The position numbers were made by a program, and so were the translations under genes. This document shows, one piece after another, positions 18,139 to 27,614 of a stretch of 28,150 nucleotides of DNA. The DNA comes from Opitutales bacterium. Lineage in GTDB: Bacteria > Verrucomicrobiota > Verrucomicrobiia > Opitutales > UBA953. Below the pieces are notes generated by a model. It was given only the letters and a program-made list of their open reading frames with translations, had not been told where the DNA came from and did not search any database. The stretch is taken from positions 110,150 to 138,299 of the forward strand of contig JBBAUX010000003.1 of NCBI GenBank assembly GCA_040398005.1, given 5' to 3'. How positions within the stretch are numbered: position 1 is the stretch's first letter; every line of letters starts with the position of its first letter.

Positions 18139-19344
18139 ATGCCCGAAAACAGCGACAAATCCGACCCGAGTAGATACGCCTCACGTGGGGTCTCGGCCTC
18201 CAAGTCGGATGTGCATGCGGCGGTGGATAAGCTCGATCGTGGGCTTTTTCCTGGGGCCTTCTGTAAAATCATCCCCGACTACTTAACAGGCGATCAATCA
18301 CGCTGTGTGGTCACTCACTCTGATGGATCGGGCACTAAGGTCATCCTCGCCTATCTCTGGTGGAAAGAAACCGGGGACGCTAAGGTATTTCGAGGCATCG
18401 CCCAAGATAGTATCATCATGAATATCGACGACCTCCTTTGCGTGGGTGCGACGAAAAAAATTATTCTTTCTTCAACTTTAAATCGCAATGCTAAGAGAAT
18501 TCCTGGAGAAATTATTGCGGAGCTCATTCATGGAACAGAAGAAATTTTAGCTCAACTGCGCGACCATGGATTAGAAATTTATTCAGGTGGCGGGGAAACG
18601 GCCGACATGGGTGACTCCACTCCCACCATCACGGTCGACTCCACCGCGACCTCACTCTTCAAAAGAGATGAAGTTATCAATGCCCATAATATCACGCCTG
18701 GTCTTGCAATTATCGGCATCGCTTCGAGCGGAAAAGCTTCGTACGAAAAAAATCACAACAGCGGGATTGGCTCCAACGGATTAACGAGCGCGCGCCACGA
18801 ATTGCTGTCCCATGATTACGCAGAAAAATATCCGGAAACTTTTGATCACGCGATTAATCAATCTTTAGTGTACTGCGGACCACATAAATTAAATTCGCCA
18901 CTTACAGGTTCTTCCATGACGGTGGGCGAAGCACTGCTTTCGCCGACGCGCACCTACACGCCACTCGTCATTCAACTCATTAAGGAATTAGGGCCCCAGG
19001 AAATTAAGGGATTGATACATTGTTCAGGCGGGGCGTTGGCTAAGTGCCTCCGGTTCGGCCAATCGGTGCATTATATTAAAGATAACTTATTCACAGCCCC
19101 CCCGATTTTTGCCGAGATTGCGAGGGTCAGCCGGACGTCCCAGCACGAGCTTCACCAGGTCTACAACATGGGTCAGCGACTGGAAATTTATGTTAAGCCC
19201 GATCGGGTGGCCGCAGTTTTAGCCATCGCCCAAGGACTTAATTTAGAGGCAAAAATTATTGGTCGGACCGAGATTTCAACCCAATTAAATAAGGCCAATC
19301 ACGTAAGTATCTTTAAAAACGGGGAACACCTACAATACACCTAA
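18139..19344 (+). CDS. purM: Phosphoribosylformylglycinamidine cyclo-ligase (AIR synthase)
   Basis: YASRGVSASK, DGSGTK, MNIDDLLCVGA, GGETADMG, SNGLTSARH, LLSPTRTY, HCSGG, YNMG. Confidence 0.9.
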   Translation: MPENSDKSDPSRYASRGVSASKSDVHAAVDKLDRGLFPGAFCKIIPDYLTGDQSRCVVTHSDGSGTKVILAYLWWKETGDAKVFRGIAQDSIIMNIDDLLCVGATKKIILSSTLNRNAKRIPGEIIAELIHGTEEILAQLRDHGLEIYSGGGETADMGDSTPTITVDSTATSLFKRDEVINAHNITPGLAIIGIASSGKASYEKNHNSGIGSNGLTSARHELLSHDYAEKYPETFDHAINQSLVYCGPHKLNSPLTGSSMTVGEALLSPTRTYTPLVIQLIKELGPQEIKGLIHCSGGALAKCLRFGQSVHYIKDNLFTAPPIFAEIARVSRTSQHELHQVYNMGQRLEIYVKPDRVAAVLAIAQGLNLEAKIIGRTEISTQLNKANHVSIFKNGEHLQYT

Positions 19345-19360
19345 AAACTCTTTCGAAGAG
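19343..19360 (-). terminator. Short hairpin plus U-tract downstream of tRNA-Pro
   Basis: Minus strand CTCTT-CGA-AAGAG-TTTTT; weak 5-bp stem. Confidence 0.35.
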
Positions 19361-19375
19361 GGTTAAAGTGCCAGG

Positions 19376-19453
19376 TGGTCGGGCGGGTGGGATTCGAACC
19401 CACGACCCTCTGCTCCCAAAGCAGATGCGCTAGCCAGACTGCGCTACCGCCCG
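19376..19453 (-). tRNA. tRNA-Pro(TGG), with encoded CCA
   Basis: Reverse complement CGGGCGGTAGCGCAGTCTGGCTAGCGCA-TCTGC TT TGG GA GCAGA-GGGTC-GTGGGTTCGAATCCCAC-CCGCCCG-A-CCA. Confidence 0.97.
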
Positions 19454-19544
19454 AAACCTGAACCTTGAAAGACATTTTGTGTTGCCGTTCCTGTCAATCC
19501 GCTAATCTCAAATCGTTCTAACCCGCACTAATCTATCAACCAAC

Positions 19545-20039
19545 ATGGAAAACGACAGCATCTCCTCCTCCTCATCTGAATCAAAGCTTCCCCTTATTGT
19601 GGGAATCGTAGGCTTCGCCCTTGGCGCTGCCGGTCTCGTTCTCGCCCTCAAGGGAAAGAGCGCTGCCGACAAAGCAAGTGCTGACGTTGCTACCCTCTCG
19701 GCATCCGTCTCAGAGTTAAGCGGACAAATCTCCGCTAAAGCAAACACCTCTGACGTTACAGCTTTAAGCGGCGATCTCGCCCAATTTAAGGCCGACAGCA
19801 AAACCAGTTTTGAAACTCTCCAAGCTTCCGTCGACAAAATCGGCGCTGCAAAAGCAAAAGCTACTACCACCGGTGGTAAAACTGCTGTGGCTGGCAACGG
19901 CGAGTACATCATCGCTAAAGGCGACTTACTCGGCACGATCGCTAAGAAGTTAGGAACCTCTGTTAAATCACTTCAAGATTTGAATCCTGGAATTAATCCA
20001 AACAACTTGAGGGTCGGTTCAAAAATCAAGACCAAGTAA
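19545..20039 (+). CDS. Membrane-anchored LysM-domain protein
   Basis: N-terminal TM, Ala/Ser/Lys-rich helical linker, C-terminal LysM YIIAKGDLLGTIAKKLGTSVKSLQDLNPGINPNNLRVGSKI. Confidence 0.9.
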   Translation: MENDSISSSSSESKLPLIVGIVGFALGAAGLVLALKGKSAADKASADVATLSASVSELSGQISAKANTSDVTALSGDLAQFKADSKTSFETLQASVDKIGAAKAKATTTGGKTAVAGNGEYIIAKGDLLGTIAKKLGTSVKSLQDLNPGINPNNLRVGSKIKTK

Positions 20040-20045
20040 TTAACG

Positions 20046-20603
20046 ATGTCAGTGCCCGCCCGCTGGCTCGTCCGGCACGAAGCACTACACGTTGACTGCA
20101 AAGTCTTCAGGGTTTTTAAAGAACACTGTCATCACCCTCTCGATAAACGGGAGGGTGATTTCTTTGTTATCCATTCTCACGATTGGGTTTTGGGTTTACC
20201 AATTACCAACAACGGAAAAATCGTGCTGGTGAAACAATACCGCTTCGGCCTCCGTGATCTTTCGATCGAGCCCCCAGGCGGACTCCTCGAACCCGGCGAA
20301 GACCCCATCATAGCAGCAACTCGAGAAGTCGAGGAAGAGACTGGTTTTAAAGGCGGAAAGGCCTCCTTGATCGGCTCATGCTCGCCTAATCCAGCGATCC
20401 AAAAAAACCAGTGTCACTTTGTTTTAATTGAAGGCGTAAAAATCGAGTCATCACAAGATCTCGATGAACATGAAGAGATTGAAGTGCTCTTAGTAAACCC
20501 CAAGGAGGCGCTCGATTTAGCAAAAAATAATCCGCGTGTACACTCGCTCGCTCTTCTCGCACTCTACCATCTGCGCGACACTCGCCCCCATTTATTTTCA
20601 TGA
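20046..20603 (+). CDS. NUDIX hydrolase (ADP-ribose pyrophosphatase-like)
   Basis: Nudix box GGLLEPGEDPIIAATREVEEETGF; VLVKQYR, SPNP and LDEHEEIEV. Confidence 0.9.
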   Translation: MSVPARWLVRHEALHVDCKVFRVFKEHCHHPLDKREGDFFVIHSHDWVLGLPITNNGKIVLVKQYRFGLRDLSIEPPGGLLEPGEDPIIAATREVEEETGFKGGKASLIGSCSPNPAIQKNQCHFVLIEGVKIESSQDLDEHEEIEVLLVNPKEALDLAKNNPRVHSLALLALYHLRDTRPHLFS

Positions 20604-21547
20604 CCACTCCTCGAAGAATTAAAATCAAAAACCGACCCACCCCCGACAACGTGCTCGTCGTTGGATCGGTCGCTTACGATAGCATCACCACACCCCACTC
20701 CTTTGGTGAAAAAATTTTAGGGGGCAGTGCATCATACGCATGCCTTGCCGCCAGCTACTTCACCACGCCACATATCGTGGGTGTCGTCGGACATGACTTC
20801 CGTGAGCGCGATCGAAAAAAACTAGCGAAGCGCGGGGTTGATTTATCCGGGCTACGCACCGATGAAACCGGGCGAACCTTTTTTTGGAAAGGTCGTTATC
20901 ACGAAAACTTTAATCGGCGGGACACCGAAGACTTACAGTTAAATGTTTTTGAACGTTTTAATCCTCAATTAACGGAGGAACAAAAATTAACTCCTTACAT
21001 CATGCTCGGGAATATCCGTCCCGATTTACAATTGGCGGTCTTAGATCAACTGACTTCTCCTAAATTTGTATTAGCGGATACGATTGATATTTGGATCGAA
21101 ACCAAACGTGAACTTTTATCCCAAGTCATGCGTCGAGCAGACCTAGTAGTCATTAACGATACCGAGGCGGCCAAACTCACCGGCGAAACCAATGTCATTT
21201 TAGCGGGTCGTCACCTCCGGACCCATAACTGCCGAACGGTGATTATCAAAAAAGGTGAGCACGGGGCAGTCCTCTTTCATGAAGACGGCTTGTTTACCCT
21301 CCCCGCCTACCCCGTCACCGAGTTAAGAGACCCCACAGGGGCCGGAGATAGCTTCGCTGGGGCGCTTCTAGGATATATTGCCGCCACGGGCATGTCCGAC
21401 TTCGCCACCCTTAAACAAGGGATGATTTACGCCACCGCTGTAGCCAGCCTCACGGTTGAAGATTTCTCAACCGACCGATTAGCCAAAGCTGGCTGCGCTG
21501 AGATTAAAGCCCGTCGTAAAGAAATCCTGAAGATGACGAAGTCTTAA
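20600..21547 (+). CDS. PfkB/ribokinase family carbohydrate or nucleoside kinase
   Basis: VVGSVAYD, GGSASY, INDTEA, IIKKGEHGA and DPTGAGDSFAG signature. Confidence 0.92.
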   Translation: MTTPRRIKIKNRPTPDNVLVVGSVAYDSITTPHSFGEKILGGSASYACLAASYFTTPHIVGVVGHDFRERDRKKLAKRGVDLSGLRTDETGRTFFWKGRYHENFNRRDTEDLQLNVFERFNPQLTEEQKLTPYIMLGNIRPDLQLAVLDQLTSPKFVLADTIDIWIETKRELLSQVMRRADLVVINDTEAAKLTGETNVILAGRHLRTHNCRTVIIKKGEHGAVLFHEDGLFTLPAYPVTELRDPTGAGDSFAGALLGYIAATGMSDFATLKQGMIYATAVASLTVEDFSTDRLAKAGCAEIKARRKEILKMTKS

Positions 21548-21741
21548 CGTCGACGCCCCAGGGCTCGCCACAGAAAGAAAAGAAGAGCGAGGGTAAATAA
21601 TAGATCCCCGACGACCAAAGGCCAAAGCATGGGGCGTTCGGATTTTATTAATACAACGCAGGCCACAAGCATGAAGAAAATGACGGCGACAATCCAAGGC
21701 ACTAAGCGTCTTAGTTTTTCTTTAGATTCCTCTTCGTTCAT
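21544..21741 (-). CDS. Small two-TM membrane protein
   Basis: Two hydrophobic helices with basic flanks; 4-bp overlap with the coaX stop; fills the gap exactly. Confidence 0.65.
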   Translation of the reverse strand: MNEEESKEKLRRLVPWIVAVIFFMLVACVVLIKSERPMLWPLVVGDLLFTLALLFFLWRALGRRR

Positions 21742-22490
21742 AAGGTCGAGCGACGGTAAAACTCAGCAAGGCCAATGAGCGTAAGGTGGGGTTCGTGTTG
21801 TGCGCGGCTCTGCCAGCTTTTTGGTAAATAAATAGCAGCCCCGCCGGTGACGATTACTTTTGGATCAGGCGAACCCGACTTGGTCATTTCTAAAACGACG
21901 CCGTCTAACAAGGCACCAATCATCCCGGCAAAACCGAGGGCGCAACCCGACTTCATGGCTTCAATAGTAGATTTACCAATCGTCGGCCCACCTAAAAGAT
22001 TTTCAGCATCAAGCTGCGGTAAAAGTGCGGTACGCTCATGAAGATACTGGGTCATCACTCCCAGTCCTGGTGCAATAATTCCACCGGCGTATCCCTTGGT
22101 ATTTAAAATATCAACAGTGGTCGCCGTACCCATTCCAATAATTACTGCAGGGGCACCACAAATGACTTGGGCACCGATACAATCCGCTAAGCGATCCTGA
22201 CCAACCTCGGCTGGGTTTGGATAATCAAAACCTAAACCAATCAGGTTATCAAACTGCAGTTGCACGAAAGGGCGACCGGTGTTTTTTAGAAAATCTTTTA
22301 ATTTATCCGATACCAGCGGCACCACACTGGCCAAGGCGATGGCTTGCGGCTGATGTTCAGAAATAAGTTTTTCGATAGCGCTAGAGTTTAACAAAGGAGT
22401 CGAAAACTCACCATGCTTCAGCACCGAGAGCTGACTAACCAAACCCCAATGGGTGTGGGTATTTCCAATATCGAGACAAAGTGTAGCCAC
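21738..22490 (-). CDS. coaX: Type III pantothenate kinase
   Basis: LDIGNT, ASVVP, YPNPAEVGQDR, GTATTVD, GGIIAPG, TALLP, IVTGG, LTLIGL; follows birA. Confidence 0.9.
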   Translation of the reverse strand: MATLCLDIGNTHTHWGLVSQLSVLKHGEFSTPLLNSSAIEKLISEHQPQAIALASVVPLVSDKLKDFLKNTGRPFVQLQFDNLIGLGFDYPNPAEVGQDRLADCIGAQVICGAPAVIIGMGTATTVDILNTKGYAGGIIAPGLGVMTQYLHERTALLPQLDAENLLGGPTIGKSTIEAMKSGCALGFAGMIGALLDGVVLEMTKSGSPDPKVIVTGGAAIYLPKSWQSRAQHEPHLTLIGLAEFYRRSTL

Positions 22491-22537
22491 AAATAAAGTT
22501 TGGGTTAATTGTTTTTTAAGCGCAAGTGTGGTTCACG

Positions 22538-23521
22538 TTAGGAGCGTAAAGTCACCTCGCCTGATGAGATTAAGACGATTTTGCCATCGTTGGTTTTAAT
22601 TCTCAATGAGCCAACCTCGTCAATCCCTTCAACCATTCCCGTGACTGGCTCACCGCGCAATTGTATCGTGACGAGTTTTCCCGTTAAAATATCGTATCTC
22701 GCCCAATATACTTTGAACAACTGAGCCCAGCGGTCTTCCTTAAATTCCTCCCAGCTGGTAAAAACATTTCTAATGATTCCTGCTGTTAAAGCATTAACAT
22801 CTAAAGACTGACCCGATGCTTGAGCGAGTGAGCTGGCAATCGATTTGAGTTCGGCTGGAAAATCCTGCTGCGGTGATATATTTAAACCTAAACCAAAAAT
22901 AAGATCGCGGACCGTATCGGCATCTAAACGCGCTTCGGTTAAAATACCGGCAATTTTTTTCCCATCGGGCGACAAAATATCGTTGGGCCATTTTAAACCT
23001 AATTTTATTCCTAAGGTGTCTTCAATATAACGACAGATAGCCAAACCCATCCAAAGGGTGAATGGCTTGAGTCGTTCAGGTAAAATGAACGGACGCAGGG
23101 CTAAGGATAAATAAATATTACCCTTGTCACTGCTGTGCCATTTTCTGCCCAGACGGCCACGGCCCGCCGTTTGCGATTGGGCTAAAACAATAAACGGGGC
23201 TTCTCTCCCGTTGGCCAACTGACGTTCGGCCTCGGAGTTTGTACTGTCGACGGACTCAAGATACTCGATGGGTAAAGAAACTTTTAATCGACGACTATGA
23301 GCGTCAAGCAGCGTGGGGTGTAAAATCTGGGGAACTTCTTTGAGAATGTATCCTTTACGAGGCGAGGCTGTGAAAATAAATCCTGTGGCACGTAGTTTTT
23401 CTAATCGACCCCAAATCGCGACACGCGAAACACCCAGATCCTTGGCCAAACGATCACCACTCACAGGCTGACCATCGGCCTCAAGAAACGCACAAATAAT
23501 ACTACTGTCTAAGGCCGACAT
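22538..23521 (-). CDS. birA: Bifunctional biotin-protein ligase/repressor
   Basis: N-terminal HTH SGDRLAKDLGVSRVAIW; DSTN, QTAGRGRLGRKW, KWPND, KIAGIL; SH3-like C-terminus ISSGEV. Confidence 0.95.
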   Translation of the reverse strand: MSALDSSIICAFLEADGQPVSGDRLAKDLGVSRVAIWGRLEKLRATGFIFTASPRKGYILKEVPQILHPTLLDAHSRRLKVSLPIEYLESVDSTNSEAERQLANGREAPFIVLAQSQTAGRGRLGRKWHSSDKGNIYLSLALRPFILPERLKPFTLWMGLAICRYIEDTLGIKLGLKWPNDILSPDGKKIAGILTEARLDADTVRDLIFGLGLNISPQQDFPAELKSIASSLAQASGQSLDVNALTAGIIRNVFTSWEEFKEDRWAQLFKVYWARYDILTGKLVTIQLRGEPVTGMVEGIDEVGSLRIKTNDGKIVLISSGEVTLRS

Positions 23522-23522
23522 A

Positions 23523-24449
23523 TTAAAGCCAATCTAGGCCGATATCGGCCCAGACTGCAGAATGGGTTAAGGCACCAACAGAAATAAAATCGGGGGCCAG
23601 GGCGGCTATGCTCGGGAGTGTATCCAACGTAACGCCGCCACTCACTTCAGTCCAAGCACGACCACGCACCTGCGGCAACGCCTCTGCCAACTGAGGGTGC
23701 GAAAAATTATCTAATAAAATAATATCCGCGCCCGCCTCTAAAGCGGGTTCGATTTGTTCAATCGCATCCACTTCAACTTCAACCAGCAAATCGGGACGTG
23801 CCTCACGGGCCCGCGTGACACATTCCTTTAATCGCTCAGCCTTCGTCGCACCTCCTGCGGCTAAGTGATTATCTTTGATCATCACGCGATCGTATAAACC
23901 CAAGCGATGGTTATAACCGCCACCCTGTCCGACTGCATATTTTTCTAAAACTCTGAAACCTGGTGTAGTTTTTCGTGTATCTAGAATTTTTGTCGGAGAC
24001 GAACCAAGCGCCGCGCAATAAATTTTGGTGAGACTCGCCACTCCCGTAAGTTTTTGGAGAAAGTTTAGAATAATTCTTTCAGCCATTAATAAGTTTTGAA
24101 TGGGCCCTTCAATTTTAGCAATGACTGCGCCCCTGGACACCGTATCGCCGTCTTGATAATTTAAATGAATACGCCAGCCCGAGCCGTATTCGTCGAGGAT
24201 AGTCGGAATAAAACCAAGGCCAGCGAGAGTCATGTCTTGGCGAGCAACGAGCGCCGCTTGGGCACGATCCGTTGTCGAAAACAAAGCCGAGGTCGGGTCG
24301 CCCGGACGGAAAATCTTTTCAACTAATCCTAAACCATTAATATCTTCTTCGCGCGCTTCTCGAGCGAGTTTCTTAAGCCAAAGTTTATCAATTTCAGCCC
24401 AAGCTAAACGACGAATGAGTCGCTGGGTTTGGCCTGAGTGACGTGGCAT
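23523..24449 (-). CDS. nadC: Nicotinate-nucleotide pyrophosphorylase (quinolinate phosphoribosyltransferase)
   Basis: AERIILNFLQ, DTRKTTPG, NHRLGLYD, IKDNH, EVEV, LLDN, SGG, ISVGALTHS. Confidence 0.95.
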   Translation of the reverse strand: MPRHSGQTQRLIRRLAWAEIDKLWLKKLAREAREEDINGLGLVEKIFRPGDPTSALFSTTDRAQAALVARQDMTLAGLGFIPTILDEYGSGWRIHLNYQDGDTVSRGAVIAKIEGPIQNLLMAERIILNFLQKLTGVASLTKIYCAALGSSPTKILDTRKTTPGFRVLEKYAVGQGGGYNHRLGLYDRVMIKDNHLAAGGATKAERLKECVTRAREARPDLLVEVEVDAIEQIEPALEAGADIILLDNFSHPQLAEALPQVRGRAWTEVSGGVTLDTLPSIAALAPDFISVGALTHSAVWADIGLDWL

Positions 24450-24487
24450 TACAAAAGATTAGGGAAGGAGTATCGTCCTGCAAGGGG

Positions 24488-25618
24488 TTAGCCAAAAAAC
24501 TTTTTGAACTTCTGCTTCCAGGAATCCGAAACAGGCGTTTCCACATCACCACAGGCATCGGAGTAGGCTTTTAGCGCCGCGCGTTGTGTGTCGGTCATCT
24601 TCTTGGGAACATCGATATCGACACGCACCAATAAGTCGCCAGCACCACTACCACGTAAATTTGGCATACCCTCGCCCTTCAAGCGGAAGGTCGTTCCACC
24701 CTGTGTGCCTGCGGGGATTTTTAAGATGGTCTTACCTTTTAATTTAGGGACATCGATGGATCCGCCTAATGCAGTGATCGAGAACTTAACCGGAACCGCG
24801 CACGCCAAATCATCTCCGTCACGTTCGAATAATTCATGATCCAGAACAGTGATTACAATATAAAGATCTCCGGCGTTATTACCACGGCGGCCCGCCGAAC
24901 CATTGGCCGACGAACGTAGGCGTGTGCCCGTATCAACACCCGGAGGAATTTTAATATCAACCGAAGCATCACCCACGACGCGACCCTCGCCCGCACAGGC
25001 GCGACAAGGCTTATCAATTTTTTCCCCTTCGCCGCCACAACTCGGACAAACTTGGCGCATCGCAAAGAGTCCGTTTGAACGAACAACATGACCCTGACCG
25101 CCACATGTACTACATCGGCTTTTCTTCGAACCAGCTTCCGAGCCTGAGCCTGAGCACTTTTCGCAACTAATGTGCTTTCGATAATTAATTTTTTTACTAA
25201 CTCCCGTCGCGGCCTCTTCGAGCGTTAGTTTAACATCAAAGCGTAAATCTTCTCCGCCGGTTTCTTGGCCTTGATTGCCTCCGCCGAACATATCGCCGAA
25301 AGGGTTTCCGCCGCCAAACATCTGGTTAAAGATATCCATGGGGTCAGCACCCCTAAAGCCACCACGCTGGCCGGCTGGGCCGCCTGGGCCACCTTGTTCA
25401 AAGGCTGACTCACCATGGGCGTCGTAAAGTTTGCGCTTCTGTTCATCGGATAAAACTTCGTAGGCCCGAGAAATCTTTTTGAAATTTTCTTCGGCCGTTT
25501 TATTTCCAGGATTACGATCCGGGTGAAACTCCATCGCTTTTTTGCGATAAGCTTTTTTGATTTCGTCGGCACTCGCCCCTTTCGCTACACCTAAAAGTGT
25601 GTAATAGTCTTCAGCCAT
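24488..25618 (-). CDS. dnaJ: Chaperone DnaJ
   Basis: J-domain with HPD, G/F-rich region, four CxxCxGxG repeats, C-terminal domains. Confidence 0.97.
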   Translation of the reverse strand: MAEDYYTLLGVAKGASADEIKKAYRKKAMEFHPDRNPGNKTAEENFKKISRAYEVLSDEQKRKLYDAHGESAFEQGGPGGPAGQRGGFRGADPMDIFNQMFGGGNPFGDMFGGGNQGQETGGEDLRFDVKLTLEEAATGVSKKINYRKHISCEKCSGSGSEAGSKKSRCSTCGGQGHVVRSNGLFAMRQVCPSCGGEGEKIDKPCRACAGEGRVVGDASVDIKIPPGVDTGTRLRSSANGSAGRRGNNAGDLYIVITVLDHELFERDGDDLACAVPVKFSITALGGSIDVPKLKGKTILKIPAGTQGGTTFRLKGEGMPNLRGSGAGDLLVRVDIDVPKKMTDTQRAALKAYSDACGDVETPVSDSWKQKFKKFFG

Positions 25619-25626
25619 TGTGGTTT

Positions 25627-26154
25627 TTATTTAGCAGTACTTCCGCTGGAAACAATCACCGAAGCATGGCGTAAAACTCGGTCGTTTAAAGTCCAGCCCT
25701 TGCGCGCAACTTTGATGATCACGCCTTCGGCGACGGTGTCACTGGCCTCTTGCGCCACCGCTTCATGTTTCGAGTGATCAAAGGGTTTTCCGGCAGGATT
25801 AATTTCTGACAGGCCCTGGCTTGAAAGAATCGAATGTAACTGCTGCATCGCCATTCTAAAGCCTTCCGCTACCGCTCGGCCCTCACCTTGAGCGGGGGAA
25901 GAGACCATTCCTAGTTCTAATGAATCCAGAGCGGGTAATAGCTCTTCGATCAAATTAGCGGTCGCGTATTTTCTCGTATCTTCGCGTTCCTGGCGGTGTC
26001 GACGTTGCTGATTTTGTTGTTCGGCCTGACTGCGCAGCATGGAGTCCTTTAATTTTAAAATTTCTCCCTCAAGTTCAGCAATCCGGGTCACCTCGGTAGA
26101 GGCTTGGGGCTCGGGCTTAATTTCTTCAGGCGTAGGTGTTTCGGATTCGTTCAT
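25627..26154 (-). CDS. grpE: Nucleotide exchange factor GrpE
   Basis: [52 protein letters not shown]; upstream of dnaJ. Confidence 0.93.
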   Translation of the reverse strand: MNESETPTPEEIKPEPQASTEVTRIAELEGEILKLKDSMLRSQAEQQNQQRRHRQEREDTRKYATANLIEELLPALDSLELGMVSSPAQGEGRAVAEGFRMAMQQLHSILSSQGLSEINPAGKPFDHSKHEAVAQEASDTVAEGVIIKVARKGWTLNDRVLRHASVIVSSGSTAK

Positions 26155-26936
26155 TTTATTTTTTCTAAGAATTTTTCGGTGATACTCTGGCGAATGTTTC
26201 GGTTGCTGATGTCCATCATCAGTCGCGGAGCTAGTGTAGCGGCCTTGGTTAAAACTTTTGCGCCCAAGGGTAAGCTCACCATTTTTTGGTAGTTTTTCTC
26301 GGTGATGTCCTTGGCTTCGAAAACAAAATTGAAATTATTATTAACCACTATTTCAGCGGGGCGATTGCCGTCTTCAACCACCACGACGATTTGGCCCACC
26401 CGGAGACGGAAGTTGTCTATTTTAAAGGATTTCTTGGTTTGATCTACTTCGGGCTCACTCGGCGCGGGTGATTCATTTACTTTTTCAGCTGCCGTGGATT
26501 TTAAGCCCTTCAGAATATCTTGGGCGTTATTATCCTTCATGTAGTCGCGCGATCCGACTAAAACTATTTTATCGATATCTAATTCCACATTTTTGAAATG
26601 TCGGCTGCCACCGAAGATAAACGTCAGTGGATTCAGTTCACACTTAATCGTTTTGATTGATAAAAATTGTTTCTCATTCCAGCGACCCGGACTGGAGATT
26701 TTAATTCCCTGTAGATCGAGATTTCCGAAAATTAAATTGGATTGATTGATTTCACAAACCAGACCCGAGTCGGCTTTATTCTTAAGCGCTGTGTCTAAAA
26801 TCTGTGGAGCGGTACGACCCAAGACATACAGTCCGATTAAACAAATAAGAAAAATAAAGGTCGTAACACCGAAAACGAGGGCCAAGACGCGGCGGGAAAT
26901 GATTCCCTTTCTAGAATGGATACGAGTGCTGGTCAT
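26151..26936 (-). CDS. Membrane-anchored hypothetical, AsmA/DUF748-like N-terminal region
   Basis: N-terminal TM; NLIFGNLDLQGIKISSP..FLSIKTIKCELNPLTF beta pattern; ATGA overlap with grpE. The family is tentative. Confidence 0.6.
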   Translation of the reverse strand: MTSTRIHSRKGIISRRVLALVFGVTTFIFLICLIGLYVLGRTAPQILDTALKNKADSGLVCEINQSNLIFGNLDLQGIKISSPGRWNEKQFLSIKTIKCELNPLTFIFGGSRHFKNVELDIDKIVLVGSRDYMKDNNAQDILKGLKSTAAEKVNESPAPSEPEVDQTKKSFKIDNFRLRVGQIVVVVEDGNRPAEIVVNNNFNFVFEAKDITEKNYQKMVSLPLGAKVLTKAATLAPRLMMDISNRNIRQSITEKFLEKIK

Positions 26937-27019
26937 TTTCTGTTTAATCAGAGCATTAGATGTGCCAGATTTTAGGGGTCAATCGTGCGATTTAATGGCT
27001 ATTTTCTTAGTTTTTGGGC

Positions 27020-27052
27020 AAAAAAAGACCCACCTATGGGCACAGGCGGGTC
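27020..27052 (-). terminator. Rho-independent terminator after the lipoprotein gene
   Basis: Minus strand GACCCGCCTGTG-CC-CATAGGTGGGTC-TTTTTTT; the two non-Watson-Crick positions are G-U pairs on this strand. Confidence 0.85.
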
Positions 27053-27078
27053 CTTCTGTCACCTTTTGTCCCTACGGA

Positions 27079-27519
27079 CTACTGGGCGGTGGGAACGGTG
27101 GCGGAAGTGCAAATCACTTCATCGCCAACGATCAACTCCGGGCGCTTAAGTTGGTTAGGAATCACATTCACGACCACTTGAGTTTCATTGGTCGAAGCAA
27201 CGTCTACTAATAGAATTTTATTATCTTTTATAATCTGTAATTGAGCATGAACAGCAGGCTTTTCAGCCATCGCTAAGGCGATTAATCCACTGCCTTCGCG
27301 AATCTCTAAAACACGTGCCTTGGTAACATCCTTAGGAGCTTCCAAGTTAGCGGCAGGGGCTGCCGACGCATTTTCACTGGTTGATTTTTCCCAAGAGAAT
27401 TTTGTGTCTGACATGACGACGGACGATGAAGCCGCCACTTCTTGTTCCACAGAGGCTTCAGGGGTTTCACAGGCCGCCAAAATGAGGGTAGAAATTAAAG
27501 CAATAATAGTGCGTTTCAT
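27079..27519 (-). CDS. Hypothetical lipoprotein
   Basis: MKR + hydrophobic stretch + LAAC lipobox; Ala/Ser linker; small beta-rich C-domain. Confidence 0.75.
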   Translation of the reverse strand: MKRTIIALISTLILAACETPEASVEQEVAASSSVVMSDTKFSWEKSTSENASAAPAANLEAPKDVTKARVLEIREGSGLIALAMAEKPAVHAQLQIIKDNKILLVDVASTNETQVVVNVIPNQLKRPELIVGDEVICTSATVPTAQ

Positions 27520-27614
27520 AAGGGAAATGTAGGACTTAAACTCAATTATACTTTTGCCGAGTCAACCCCTTAATGCTTGCGACTCTGCGGTCCATCGACT
27601 TCCTAAATGCCCTA

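Noticed and set aside
19345..19453. Integration site at tRNA-Pro
   Set aside because: Its 3' end lies about 30 bp from the purM stop, with no att duplicate or foreign DNA
26915..26960. CIRCE element (gagtgct half-site) upstream of grpE
   Set aside because: Only a partial half-site inside coding sequence, with no partner at 9-bp spacing
891..27532. Many short alternative-frame or antisense ORFs in the track (e.g. 8289-8717, 19508-19936, 25225-25572, 26746-27210)
   Set aside because: They overlap well-supported genes and carry no recognisable motifs, so they are shadow ORFs
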